From Saprolegnia diclina VS20 (taxonomy: Eukaryota): a stretch of 64,000 bases of DNA. This document shows, piece after piece, positions 12,546-25,284 of this stretch; positions within the stretch are counted from its first letter, which is position 1; every line of letters starts with the position of its first letter. The notes under the pieces are model-generated. The model was not told where the DNA came from, ran no database searches, and saw nothing but the letters and a program-made list of their open reading frames with translations. A program made the translations under genes and the position numbers. The stretch spans positions 128,350 through 192,349 of the forward strand of contig NW_008246071.1 in assembly GCF_000281045.1 (NCBI RefSeq). The letters run 5' to 3'.

Positions 12546-13285
12546 CGAGGAAGGAGGAGTGCCAAAGCACAGCAAATTGGAAAATGAACCATCGAGCTTG
12601 CAATGACCGCCGTCGACATGCAGCACAACTCGGACAAAACAACAAAGAGCCGCTTTGCGCGAGTACCACCTCGCCGACCTGACCGCACATTGGAAACCAT
12701 ATGTTCTGGATTCACGGCGCCAAAAGCTCGAACGAACGGCAGGCCTTCACCGCATGGAAGTTCGAGTTGGGCATCGACCCATGTGAGATTGGTACGTGGA
12801 TCTGATTTGCGCTGTCATCGCCAGAATCACAATCGGTCGTGTATTCGCCCATCAGAATCATCATGCATCCGCCTAGACCACCACGCGCCACGCACAATAT
12901 GCGTCAAAGTAGCACTCTGACCTTCCTCGCAGCCACGTGGCCACGTATCAGGAACCGTTTTGCTTGCCAGTAGCAAGCGATGGGTAACCTAATCGTCTGT
13001 TTGGGCTGATAGCCACGTGGACTCGATGGCCACTGCCAAGGCGCTCTGGAGGTTGACACACCCTTGCACGGGACGACCAGCCTACCCTGTATGCGGTGCT
13101 TTCAGAACTGTGGCGCATGTCTAGCAGTGACGTCGGATGGTCCAAGCGAACGATCCGAGGTGGGCTGGCGTTGTAGTCGAATGCGTGAAGGGACGGACAA
13201 TGATTGTTCTAATGCATGTGCATGGCTAACTGTGCATCGTATTTGCATTTGGTGTATTTGATTTTCGTGTTATAAGCTCTTATTC

Positions 13286-14401
13286 CTAGTACCGGTAGCT
13301 GTACATCCAATGTGTCTGGCAAGTCGCATCGTCCTGGCTGTTGTTGTAGTTGGAGGAGGCGTTGACGAGCTGGCGGACGATGTTGATGGGGTAAGTCGGT
13401 GAAACGCAAGACGATGGCTCTGCAAGTGGCTCCATCTCGGACGAGGCGAGCGAGTCCAAGTCGTCCGTCGAGTGCGGCGGTCCATTCGACCACAAAGAAG
13501 CTCGAGTTGGCTGCTGCAGAGTCGCGAGAAGCGAGTCGTTGGAGGCGATGGCGGCGTGAATCTGGGTCTCGAGGCTCTTGACCCATGTTTGGAGCTCCGA
13601 AATCGTCGTCTTGTTCTTGGCAATGGTGGCGTCGGCGTCGACCAAGTGCATCTTGATGTGCTGCACCTGGGCCTCCTTGCGTGCAAGGCGGCGCTCCATC
13701 TTCTCCCGCAACGCAGTGATCGTATCGTCGCGCCGAAGGACGCGGTGTGCGAGCTGGATCGCGCGCTCGTTGGCAGCGCCCAGCGCGTCGTTGGAGGTTC
13801 CTGCTGCTTGGGCCTTCAGGCTCGTCACTTGCTCCGAGAGCTGCCCGATCGTGCCGTCCTTTTGAGCGACCGTGTCGGCGAGGACCGTCTCGGTCTTGAT
13901 GAGTTGCCCGTTGAGCTCCGAAATCGTAGTCTTGTTTTCGGCAATAACGGCGTTGGCGTCAACCAAATGCATTTTGAGGTGTTGCACTTCAGCCTCCTTG
14001 CGTGCAACGCGGCGCTCGAGCTTTTCGCGGAGCGCAGCGATCGTGTCGTCGCGCCGAAGGACGCGGTGCGCAAGCTCCAGCACGTGGTCGTGGGCAGCAT
14101 GGAGCTTCTCAGTCATGGCAGCCAAAGCAGCTTGGTGCTCGGCTTGCAAACGGTCGATCTCCATCTTGTGGTCGCGTGCCAAATCCGATGCAGGACGCGC
14201 GATCGGCGTGTTACTGGTGCGAGGCGCAGAGCGCACCGCAGTGGCAGTAGTAGAGCGTGGAGCTGGCTTGGGCGTGGACTTGGCCGCCGACTTGGTGGTG
14301 GCGGGGCGGCGGAACGGGTGCGAGATGCGGAGTTGGGCTTCAAGCGCCGCAATGCGACGGGCCTCCTTGTCCTGGTGGTACGTTGCGCTGTAGAGAACCA
14401 T
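13286..14401 (-). CDS. Uncharacterised coiled-coil protein with an internal ~55-aa duplicated motif (copy A)
   Basis: Intronless 371-aa ORF with heptad-like composition. LAHRVLRRDDTI.ALREK.ERR.ARKEA.VQH.KMHLVDA occurs twice. A near-identical copy lies at 37957-39063. Confidence 0.8.
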   Translation of the reverse strand: MVLYSATYHQDKEARRIAALEAQLRISHPFRRPATTKSAAKSTPKPAPRSTTATAVRSAPRTSNTPIARPASDLARDHKMEIDRLQAEHQAALAAMTEKLHAAHDHVLELAHRVLRRDDTIAALREKLERRVARKEAEVQHLKMHLVDANAVIAENKTTISELNGQLIKTETVLADTVAQKDGTIGQLSEQVTSLKAQAAGTSNDALGAANERAIQLAHRVLRRDDTITALREKMERRLARKEAQVQHIKMHLVDADATIAKNKTTISELQTWVKSLETQIHAAIASNDSLLATLQQPTRASLWSNGPPHSTDDLDSLASSEMEPLAEPSSCVSPTYPINIVRQLVNASSNYNNSQDDATCQTHWMYSYRY

Positions 14402-14970
14402 GTTGCTTCGATCAATGAAATGGAAATGCGATGCAGAACGCTTCTTCTACCTCGATGGTAAAAACCAAGTTGTCCTTTACACTGCAAAGGCGAGCTTCTA
14501 GTCAGTAAACCATTCCGGAGCTTTTATAGACTAGGTTAGGGCTAGGTTGCTCCAGCGCCTTATAGCTCAGTTTACTATCCGAGTGGGCCTCCAACCATGC
14601 ACCCCATCGCGTTCAGCACGGAGAATGCTCGACCTTCTTTGGCTTCTCCTTGGCCGTAGATGTAGATCGATGTCATTTCCTGCAAGTAGCATGGATACAT
14701 ATTGTTCCCTTGGATAGTGAGAACGAGCTCAGCAACTCAAGGCCGTTGGCGCCAAAGCGAATAGGGCAATGTCCTCTATATTTGAATGCGAAGGCAAGTA
14801 TACGTTGTGGCGGGCTTGCAGATTGGCGTTGTGCCTAATTAGGCATCACTGCCGACCTTCACTCAGAAAAAGGCAAGCTTGTCCCCACCACAATTTGAGT
14901 CCTCGTTTAGGACTAGGATTTCACAACTCGGATCCTTGTTTCCATTTCCCAAAATCGCCGGCCCCGAAGC

Positions 14971-17900
14971 ATGCGTGGCACGACCGTCTTCACCGCGCTC
15001 TTAGAAAAGGTCCGCTTCCTCGTCCATCTCCCTGCGGGGGAGACGACCCTGCTTGGAGCCCCTCCCTTCCTTCCTACATGAGGCTCATGCGCCAAGGTAG
15101 ACGACGGACTTCGACAAGGATGAGCGCTACATGGCGACCTCGGACCTCTGCAACGAGCTCCAGAACGACGTCGAGCTTGGCCCGGACCTCGAGCGCAAGT
15201 ACGCAGCGATCTCCACGTGGCTCCTCGGTGCTCATGAAGCCTAGGATTTGCGCTGCGGTGCTCAAGCAACTCGATGACAAGTCGAACGACGTGCAGTCGA
15301 TCGCTGTGAAATGGTACACGTCTTGGTATTGCCATTCCATGTACTCATGCGTGTTCTAGCTTGGGTATCCTCGTGACGAAGGTCCAGGAGAAGCAAGTCG
15401 GTGACATCTGCGAGAAGCTTTGCGACTTGATCTTCACGGGCAAGCCCGAGCTCCGTGACATCTACTCGATCGGCCTCAAGACTATCTTGACGGACGTCTC
15501 GCAGAAGACCGGCGCATCGATCTCGACAGCGCTCTGCGGTCGCCTCCTTAACGGTATCTCGCACTACGCAGACCAGGCAATCAAGTCGGAGACGCTGGAC
15601 ATCTTGACGGAACTCTTGAAGCGCTTCGGCGCCGACTTCCAGTCCGAGCATGTGGCCATCATGGACCTTCTTCTCAAGGAGCTCAGCGACGAGCGTGCCT
15701 TTGTGCGCAAGCGCGTGACGTCGTGCCTCGGTGCGCTCGGTGTTGTCGCGGCCGACGCACTTCTGCACCGTTTGGTCGAGCACTTGCTCCAAAGCGTCGA
15801 AAACAACCACGAAGCGGACAAGCGCACGCTCATCCAGACGATCGGTACGCTCTCGCGCTCGGTGGGACATCGTCTTGGCCGTCATCTCCCCGTGATTGTC
15901 CCGCTCTTCTTGACCTTTTGCGGCTCCCCGGACGACGAGTCGATGCAAAACGACGTCTCGAACGAGCTTCGCGAGAACTGCTTCCAGGGCCTCGAGTCGT
16001 TCTTGCTGCGCTGCCACGCCGAGATCACGGCGCACGTCAAGAACATCATTGCCACGGCTATGAAGTTCACGAAGTACGACCCGAACTACATGTACGACTC
16101 GGAGAACGAAGACATGGACGAGGACATGGACGATGAGGAGCAGTACAGTGAACCCGAAGACAACGATTACAGCGACGATGACGATGCGAGCTGGAAGGTG
16201 CGCCGTGCTGCGCTTCGCGTCATGTCGGCTGTCATCACGACGCGCCCGGAGCTCCTCGACGACATCTACGCTGAGTGCAGCGAGCCACTTATCTCGCGTT
16301 TCAAGGAGCGTGAAGAAAGCGTCCGCATCGACGTCTTCTCGGTCTTCTCGGACCTCCTGCGCGTCACGCTTGTGCATTTGGCGCCCGTGAGCTCGGGCAA
16401 CCCCGAAGCCGGTGGCCACCCTGCGCTTGTCCGCCAGCGTTCGTGCGGTGGCCAGCTCCACACGCGCGTTGGTACGATCTTGAGCGCCGCGAACAAGCAA
16501 CTGGGCCCCAAAATTTCGGTCGCCACGCGATGCGCCGTCTTCGGTATGCTGCGCGAGCTCGCCCAGGTCGAGGAAGGCCAGCTGGGCCCCTTCATGGACT
16601 CGTTGATGCCGAACATTTTGAAGGCCCTCGAGGACCGCAACTCGAGCCTCAAGCTCGACGCACTCCTCTTCTTGCGCCAGCTTATGGCCACCCACGAACC
16701 GTCGCTCTTCACCAAGCACATGAAGGCGATTGTTCATTTGGCCGTTGTCAACGCTAGTGACGAGTGGTATAAGATTGTTGCCAAGTCGCTCTCCCTCATT
16801 GGCACGATCGTACACGTCATTCGTCCGTCGACGGATGCGGTGTTGGTCCAAGACATGGCGGTCTTTGTGCAGCCGCTCTTCAACGCGGTGCTTCCGCGCC
16901 TCAAGGCGTACGACATCGACCAAGAGATCAAGGATGGTGCTATCGCAAGCATGGGCCTCATCATCTCTACGATCGGTACTTCCTCTGCTCGACGTTTGAC
17001 CCTATGTCTGACGTTTCTATAGGTGATCATCTGAGCCGTGACGATCTCAACGCGGTGCTGCCAATGATCCTCGAGCGCATGCAAAACGAAATCACACGCA
17101 TTGCTGCCATGAAGTCGCTGTCGACGATCGCCCGCTCGCCGCTGCCGCTCGACCTCTCGATCATTTTGACGGATGCCATTGTTTGCCTCTCGCAGCTTTT
17201 GCGTCAGCAGTCGCGCACGCTCAAGCAGACGGCGTTGGATACGCTCATCGCCTTGGTTCAAAGCAAGGGTGCGTCTGTGGCTGCTGCGAGCCTCAGCGAC
17301 ACGATTCAAGAAGCATCGGCCTTGATCTCGGACTCGGACTTGCAACTCAGCCAGCTCTCGTTGACGCTTGTCTCGGCCATTCTTACGACGTCGCCGTCGG
17401 CCGCCTCGGACGCGGTGGTCGTGACCAAGGCGTTGCCCAACGCGCTGCTCTTGTCGGCGAGCGCCTTGCTTCAGGGTCCCGCCTTGGAAGCTCTCTTTGT
17501 GCTCTTGCGTCAGCTCGTCGCTGCCGAAAGCCATGGGTTTGAGGCGCTTTTCCACGCGCTCTACACGGTGGATCGTCCGGATGCGTCCAAGCATGCGCTG
17601 CACAACGTTGCCCGCTGCATTGCGGCGATCAGTCTCCAGACGTCGCCCGATCTCCAGAAGAAGGCGTACGACACGTGGGTGCAGGGTATCGCGACGCCCG
17701 GCGCCAGCAAGCACTTGGCTCTTTTCTGCGTCGGCGAGTTTGGTCGCAAAACCAACATTCAGCCGTTTGGCGACGCGCGCGAGATTATTTTGGCCAACTT
17801 TGCCAGCCAAAGCGAGGAAGTCAAGCACGCTGCGGCCTTTGCGCTTGGTAGCATCTGCGTCGGCAACATGACAAGCTACCTCCCGACGATCCTTGAAGAG

Positions 17901-18928
17901 CTGAAGAAGGGCAAGCACACGTACCTTCTCTTGAGTGCGCTCAAGGAAGTTTTGGGCTGCAAGAGCTCGGACCTCAAGGCGTTTGTCTCGACGGTCGTGC
18001 CCGTGCTGCACTCGCACTGCGAAACCGAGGAGGAAGGTGTCCGCAACATGGTCGCCGAGTGCCTCGGCAAACTTGCGCTCGTGGAGCCGCACACGATCTT
18101 GCCGTCGGTCACGGCCATGTGCGCACCTTCGGTGCCCGTCAAGACCCGCTGGACTGCGGTCACGTGCTTGCGCTTTTGCATGGCGTGCGGTCCCAACGGT
18201 GCCCCGATTCGCGAACTTACGGTGAGCCCGTTCGTCGCGGCGCTCAAGGACGAAGACATGGGCGTGCGTCGCGCGGCACTCATTACGCTCAACGCTGCGG
18301 CTCACCACCAGCCTGCTTTCCTCAAGGACCATGTGCGCGGCGAGATCTTGCCCGTGTTGTACGACACGATGCGCATCAAGCTCGAGCGTACCGTTGACTT
18401 GGGCCCGTTCAAGCACAAGGTACGTCGTCGTCGTTTGCCAAATGTGCGCCTCGTAGCTCACATGGTATATGCACGTAGGTTGACGACGGGCTTGTGCTGC
18501 GCAAGGGCGCGTACGCGTGCATTGACACGCTCCTTGACACGTTGCCGCGCGAAGTGGACGCGATTGCGTTTGTCGAGTACTTGAAGCTCGGCTTGGAAGA
18601 CCACGACGACGTCCAGATGCTGAGCCACCAGATTCTGATCAAGCTCTGCAACGTGGAGCCCGGTGTCGTCTTGAGCGCGCTTGATATGCTTAGCGTGGCC
18701 CTCGATAAGACGACGAACCGCCGTCCGAAGGACACGCAAGTGGGCTCGGAGGTCGACCGTGTGAACGACGTGATTCGCAGCGCCTTGCGTGCGGTGGACG
18801 CCGTGAGCTGCGTCCGCGAAAGCGACTCGAACCCCAAGTGGAAGACGTTGATGGACAAGATCAAGAAGACGGACAACCTCTCGACGATGCTCGAAGGCAT
18901 CAAGCTGGAGCGCGGCGCCGACGCCTAA
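14971..18928 (+). CDS. CAND1: Cullin-associated NEDD8-dissociated protein 1 (HEAT repeat), multi-exon
   Basis: Spliced LLEK-TTDFDKDERYMATSDL, YDPNY, SDDDDASWKVRRAA, LISRFKEREESVR and RTVDLGPFKHKVDDGLVLRK. Confidence 0.95.
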
Positions 18929-19023
18929 GCTGTTGTCTCTTTGTCCTGCCACCGTTGTTGCATCGTCATCAATACATGGATTATATGCTACGCGAGTGTC
19001 GGCGACTAGAGCAAATGCATGCA

Positions 19024-19233
19024 TTACGCTTGCGGCGGCGCAAAACGCGGGCGGGCAACGGGAGCCTCGGTGGCGCGGGGCAGCAATGGGCCCAGCCGCT
19101 GGTCGATGTCTTCGCTCCGCAAGCGCTTCTCGCGGTTCAAGCGCTGCGTCTCGTGGCGGTCGACGTGCTGGAGCCACGTCTCTTCGCGCTCAAAGACCTT
19201 TTGGCACACGAGGCAGCGGTGCCATCCCTTCAT
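19024..19233 (-). CDS. Small protein (69 aa) with a single C2H2 zinc finger
   Basis: CLVC-QKV-F-EREET-W-LQ-H-VDR-H fits C-x2-C-x3-F-x5-hydrophobic-x2-H-x3-H. AT-rich upstream region with an Inr-like CTCAATTTCC. Confidence 0.6.
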   Translation of the reverse strand: MKGWHRCLVCQKVFEREETWLQHVDRHETQRLNREKRLRSEDIDQRLGPLLPRATEAPVARPRFAPPQA

Positions 19234-19388
19234 CCTGTGAGATCTTTCGGCTGTGCGGCCTCAAACTCAAAAATAGAAATAAATGGGCAGCATGCATGAA
19301 TGGAAATTGAGTTTTGAGGTTTATAGGATACAATAGGTCAAAGAATCAATCATGCTGAAGATAACGATCGTGTCTAAGGTAAGAGGAT

Positions 19389-21033
19389 TTATTCCCACTC
19401 GATCGTGGCCGGCGGCTTGGACGAGATGTCGTAGACGACGCGGTTGACGCCACGCACTTCGTTGATGATGCGGCTCGACATGATGGCGAGGAGGTCGTGG
19501 GGCATGTGGTACCAGTCGGCCGTCATAAAGTCCGACGTGCTCACGGCGCGGATCGCAATGACCTTTTCGTACGTGCGGCCATCGCCCATGACGCCGACCG
19601 ACTTGACGGGAAGGAGGACGCAGAACGCCTGGCCCGTCGAGCGGTAGTGGCCGTGCTTGCGGAGCTCTTCGAGGAAGATGGCATCGGCCTGGCGCACAAT
19701 ATCGAGACCTTCCTTGGTCACTTCGCCGAGGACGCGGATGGCGAGGCCCGGACCCGGGAACGGGTGGCGCCACACGCTCTCTTCCTCAATGCCGAGGACC
19801 ATACCGAGCTCGCGGACTTCGTCCTTGAAGAGCTCGCGGAGCGGCTCAATGAGCTTGAGGTGCATCGTGTCCGGAAGACCGCCGACGTTGTGGTGCGTCT
19901 TGATGGTCGCTGACGGGCCCTTGTACGAGATTGACTCGATCACATCCGGGTAGAGCGTGCCCTGGAGGAGGTAGTCCACCGGGTGGTTGATGCGCGCGGC
20001 TTCTTCCTGGAAGAGGTCGATGAAGAGGTTGCCGATGCGCTTGCGCTTCGTCTCAGGCTCGTCGATGCCCTTGAGCGCGGCGAGGAAGCGGTCCTCGGCG
20101 TTGATGCAGTGCAAGTTGATGCCCAAGTGGCGCTGGAGGCGGTCCACGACCTCTTCAGCCTCGCCGAGGCGAAGGAGACCGTTGTCAATGAGAACGGCGT
20201 GGAAGCGGTCGCCAATCGCGCGGTGCAACAAGGCAGCCGCGACAGACGAGTCGACGCCACCGCTGACGGCACCGATGACGTGGCCGTGGGGGCCGACCTT
20301 TTCACGGACCTCCTGGATGAAGACTTCGGCGATGTTGCGCATGTCCCAGTCCGTGGGCGACTTGCAGATGTCGACGACGAAGTTGCTGAGGAGCTTCTTG
20401 CCGAGCGGCGAGTGCGTGACCTCAGGGTGGAACTGGATGCCAAAGTACTTCTTCTCGATGTTGGCGATCGCAGCGTGCTCCGAGTTGGCCGTGTACGCAA
20501 CGTCAACAAAGCCGATCGGGGTCTTGGTGAGCTTGTCGCCGTGCGACATCCACACCTGGAAGTCTTCCTCCGTGAGGCCGTTCAAGAAGCCGAGCGAGTT
20601 GTTGGCGGCCTCCTTGTGCGTCTTGACCATGGCCTTGCCGTACTCGCGGCGGACACCGCGCGAGACTTCGCCGCCGAACGTGTACGCGAGTTCCTGCATG
20701 CCGTAGCAGATGCCGAGCACGGGGAGCTTGAGCTCCTCAATGAACTTCCACACTTCGGGGCGGACGTGCGGCGCACCCTCTTCGTAGACCGAGTTGGGGC
20801 CGCCCGAGAGGATGATACCCGTGAGCTCGTGCTTGCGGAGCTCTTCGACCGTCACGAGGCACGAGTAGAGCTCGCAAAAGACGTGCAGTTCTACAAAATG
20901 AGATCTTAGCCATCGGACGATGACGTGATCGATGCGTACCGCGCACGCGACGAGCAATCAAGTGGCTGTACTGGGACCCAAAGTCCAAGATCGCAACCTG
21001 CGGGCGGTTCGTCACGGGGGTCACTTCGGACAT
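19389..21033 (-). CDS. guaA: GMP synthase (glutamine-hydrolysing), 2 exons
   Basis: ILDFGSQYSHLIARRVR, LGICYGMQ, QFHPEV, SGGVDSSV, LLQGTLYPDVIES, HPFPGPGL and KPPATIEWE. Intron 20891-20939. Confidence 0.97.
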
Positions 21034-21504
21034 TTTTGAGTTGGCAAATTGAAAAATGCAAGTTGGATCTGTGAAACTTCCACCGTCGATGTGGTGGCCA
21101 CCAAATCGGTCGCCAGGCTCCGATTGGCTGTGATCGCACCAATCGTGTGCCAGGATCACGCAACATCCGGATATTTCGTCCATAACCGGACAAACCGCGC
21201 CACGCCAGGCCATGAAACTTCGACCACGAGCTTCGGGGCGCCATGATGCGCCGGCCTTGTATCCAGATGGATGGCCATCCTCGTGAGCCGATAAATTTAG
21301 CACTGGCAACGACTTCCTTCAATGTCCACGGAAGTACTGATCTGCGCCCACGTCTTTATCTCGAGCCTGTCGCCCGCAGGAGCCCTCTCTTCTTGGCGCA
21401 GAAGACGACGCGCAAGAGCGTCCAAAAGTGTCAACGTGATCATTTGCGATTTCGCAGCGTTCGGCGTCCCCAGGTTGGGAAAGGTGGGACTGGCGTTACA
21501 GATT

Positions 21505-21592
21505 CTTCCGGATGGAAACCGGATCGAGAGACAGCGCAAAGTGCCGGATAGGTTGCCGGATACGTTTACCGGATGACATCGTATCCGGAAAG
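21505..21592. promoter_or_regulatory. Cluster of about six CCGGA(T) motifs upstream of the TFIIB-like gene
   Basis: ttCCGGATggaaaCCGGATcg...gCCGGATaggttgCCGGATacgtttaCCGGATgacatcgtaTCCGGAa. Confidence 0.5.
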
Positions 21593-21641
21593 CGATGGGT
21601 GCGTTTTTCGTAGGTCCCCGAGCCGAGTATTTTTGCCGCGG

Positions 21642-23171
21642 ATGGACTTTGTGGACGCAAACGCGGCCGACTTCTTCGCGTCGCTCAATTCGTTCGCCGA
21701 GCCCGAGCCGGCGCCGCCGGCGAAGAAGCAGAAGATGGCGCCGTCGTATGCTGCCCAGCCCAAGGTAGTGGCGACCACGCGGCAGACGGACCCGAAGGAG
21801 CTGGCGCTGCCAATGGAAGACCGCATCACGAACCTCCTCGTGCCCGACATGAAGGTCAGCGACATCATCCAGCTCATCAAGAAGATGAAGCAAGCGGGCA
21901 AGAGCGACGCCGACGAATTCTCGGAGCTCGATGCCGAGCTCAACGCGGCGCCGCGCTTCGTCTGCGACGCATGCGGAAATGCGGAGCAAAACAACTTTAT
22001 CACAGACTATGCGCGCGGCGACACCATCTGCACGGGTCCCGATGGCCGGGGCTGCGGCAACGTCGTCCAGGACCACATTGTGCACGAAGGCAGTGCCTAC
22101 CGTAAGTTTGAAGGCGAAGAAGACAAGTCGCACCACGGCCCCGCTCCCAACAAGCTCTTCTCGACGGGCCACAACCTGCGCACGATGATCTCGCAAGTCT
22201 GTGCACCCTCTTGGCCGCGCACAAGCTCACGGTGTCTCTTGCGATTGTGTCTCTAGGACGGCGAGCAGTCGGCCAACTTGCGCCGCGCCGCCGAATTCGT
22301 CGAGATGAATCTCAGTCAAATGGGCAAGGACGAGCGGCGAACACGTATCGGGTACAAGGACCAGGTTTGACAGCGTCGCGCCTCGATCACCATCCAGTAT
22401 TCTCTGTGTACTTAGATGAAGCAAAAGGCGTGCCGGCTCATCGACCACACGGGCGCCAACCTCGACCTGCACGAAATTGTGTGCAATCGCGCCAAGAAGA
22501 TGTTTGCCGAGTTTCGCGACCTGCGCGAACACGTGCACCAGTTCGAGGCCGTCGTCGCCGGCTGCATCATTGACGCGTACCTCACCACGGGCAAGGAGAT
22601 GTACACGGCGCAGGCTGCTGTCAAAATTGGGGCCAAGAAGCAAGGCGGCATTGCGCAGCTGCAGCTGCCGGCGCATAAGGCCGTCGATGACAAGAAGCTG
22701 CATCCGTTCAGCTGCGCCAAGTGCGGGCTCATCTTCAACGCGAAGCGTGGCATGCAGTTCCACTCGTGCGGCGACGACGACGCGGACAAGAAGACGAACG
22801 TGCCGACAACACTGGACCTGAAGCCGCTCGACGTGCCGGATGAGCTGTTGCCGATCCGCGAGATCAAGGACAACAAGGAGTGGTTCCGCTGCCCGCTCTG
22901 CCAGCGCATGTACACCAAGCTCGAGACGGCGAACGAACATATGCAGCGCCACAAGAAGCAGAGCGAGAAGCGCAAGGTGCACATCGAGACGAGCAACATG
23001 GACACGACGCGCCTCTCCAAGACGAGCACGCTCGCCAGCGCCAACCCGTCCGTGCAGGTCAACACGCACGAAAGCGTCCTCTTCCGCGGCAGCGGGCGCC
23101 GGCCGTGGCTCAAGCACATACAGGAGGAGTACGAGAAGCGAACCAAGGACGAGGAAGAGATGAAGGGCTAA
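21642..23171 (+). CDS. TFIIB-related protein: Zn ribbon, B-reader-like segment, one cyclin-like repeat, then C2HC and C2H2 fingers
   Basis: CDACG...DYARGDTICTG...CGNVVQDHIVHEGSAYRKF, ACRLIDHTGANLDL...RAKKMF...AVVAGCI, CAKCGLIF...HSC and CPLCQRMY...HMQRH. Introns ~22197-22256 and ~22365-22415. Confidence 0.75.
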
Positions 23172-23254
23172 TGTGTCGATACCGCTAACAGACAGCTCTC
23201 TTCTAGCGATGGCGTGTATGCGTCCATGTCGCGTTAATACACTACTAGTACTAC

Positions 23255-24483
23255 TATTGTGAATTTCAGCCGGTTTGGCTATTCGAGGCACCAAAACCTC
23301 GTTTTATTAAGCTAAATCGAGGTCGGACCTGGATTAGAGCGGAGCCCAGCCTCGATTTATTTTTTAAACGAGCCGCGAAATATTTTTAATAAAATGCATC
23401 ACTTGCAACACATGGTGGAATTAGGATCGTAAGTCCTGGTTTTACGACTCTAGCGCGGAAGTTGCTTCAAGCGACCTCGTATTGGACCCTGCAGCTGGGT
23501 CCAAAACGAGGTCGCCATAAGCAACCTGATAAGCAACTTCCGCGCTAGAGTCGTAAAACCGACCCGGTCGCCATACAAACTTTAATACAAATGGATTGGG
23601 CCGCTTCAGTTTCTCACAAGCCGATTTGCCATGGTGCACACACAGCCTATACCCTCCAACTTGACCCGCAAGGTCCTAGCGAGCTCGCGAGAGTTCCGCT
23701 AACGAGGTCCAAATGCACTAACTGCGTTCGAGCCGTTCTACTCGAGCCCGACCCAACTTGTATTCATCCACGAGACCTCGAAGCAGACGCGATGCGCTTC
23801 GACGCCATGTATGGCCCGGACACAGGACGCCTCTACGTCGAGCTTTCCGTTCTCTCGTGGACAGCGCGTGTCAGTCCTCGCCGCCATGAGCTGCGAAGCC
23901 TTTGCGGATAAGAGCTCATCGGAGACACGCATAACTGAGCCAATTCAACAACACCATGATGACCAAGATCACTCCTCCGTTCTTGAACCCGTGGCTGAGG
24001 CCTCGCTCTATCTCAATCCTTGACAACGCGCTCATCCACATATACAACAAGCTTAAAGGCGCAGCGCATGTAGAGGGAGCTACTGGTAGTAAGAACGACG
24101 ATAGTGCAGGGCGCGTCCATCGCGAGCGCCATCATGCATGCCATCTTGATGGCTCTCACTGGCTCGAACTGGTCAAGCTCAAGCCTCGATTTACTCTCGC
24201 TATAAAACTACATATTTTTATATGCTGCATTTCCCAATAAGCCTGTTATACGTATTGGTCTAAATATAAATAAGATGATTTGGCTTTTAATTTTTGAATA
24301 CACGCTTTTGATTGGCTTGTTTTATCAGGAGGAGTCCGATTTACGAGGCCAAGCTCCCAAAAGTATTTTTATTGCACCGTGCAGCTCATCCTCGATCTAT
24401 CCGCCGCCTGCCTCGATTTAAAAATAAAACGAGCTCGATTAAGCGCCCTTAATCGAGGGGCATTCCGACTGAAACTTACAATA
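23255..24483 (+). mobile_element. Degenerate Tc1/mariner (IS630-like, DDE_3) DNA transposon relic
   Basis: Broken-frame fragments PFSRGQRVSVLAAMS and PFLNPWLRPRSISILDNALIH resemble DDE_3 transposases. The ends carry degenerate inverted repeats (TATTGT.A.TTTCAG.CGG and CTCGTTTTATT..TAAATCGAGG). AT-rich relative to the flanks. Confidence 0.65.
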
Positions 24484-24499
24484 CTACTCTACTCTAGTC

Positions 24500-25040
24500 C
24501 TACGACGATGGCGTACTGGGCGGTTCATCATCGTCGACGAGGATCTTGGCGCCCGACCCGAGGATGTCGGCCTCGGTGAGCTCGAGGATGTCGTCGCCCG
24601 TCACGATCTTGGCTTGGCTGCCCTTTGCCTTCAGAACGCCCTCGACGTCGTACGAGTCGTCTTCGAACCACCCCAAGCGATCCGCGATCAAGTGGAGGTT
24701 CTCGCACTTGGGGCAGCGCACGAGCACGACGCCGTTGTAGTACGCTTGCTTGCTGATGGTCTTGGCCGCGCGCGTATCGCACACTAAATGAGGTATGAGT
24801 GCAAGGCATCGCAACACGAGGAGGCGTACCCGTGCACGTGTAGAGCATGACAAACTTGTCGCCTTCCGACTCCATGCCCGGCGCGCTCAAGATGCTGCTC
24901 ATCTTGGGCCCGTCGCTGGGCGGCGTCATGGAGCTGCACGCGCGGTGGAGCATGGTCGGGACGCACGTCGGCCGCACGCAGCGCGGGGCCAAGCGGGCGG
25001 ACGCGCGGAGAGCCGTCGAGCAGAGGACGCGGCGCAGCAT
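24500..25040 (-). CDS. DNLZ: Mitochondrial DNL-type zinc finger protein (Tim15/Zim17/Hep1), 2 exons
   Basis: Arg-rich presequence, LYTCT-VCDTR...ISKQAYYNGVVLVRCPKCENLHLIADRLGWF. Intron ~24785-24829. Confidence 0.9.
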
Positions 25041-25284
25041 GCTGGCAGTGCTTCGAATTGCAATGATTTCGGTTGGTCAAAGTACGCATCCGCATACTGC
25101 GATGGTATCCGGATACTCTCGAATGATCCATCCCTCGTGGCAGCGCAGGAGGACGCGGCCGCTGCCGTGGCCAAGTCCTTTGGCTTTGGCTGCAACAGAA
25201 GAATGCGATGGCAGCTCGCACGGTGGTATTACTGTGTAGGCGAATTCGGTTCTCATATCCGGATCAGAGAACAGGAGATCTTGC

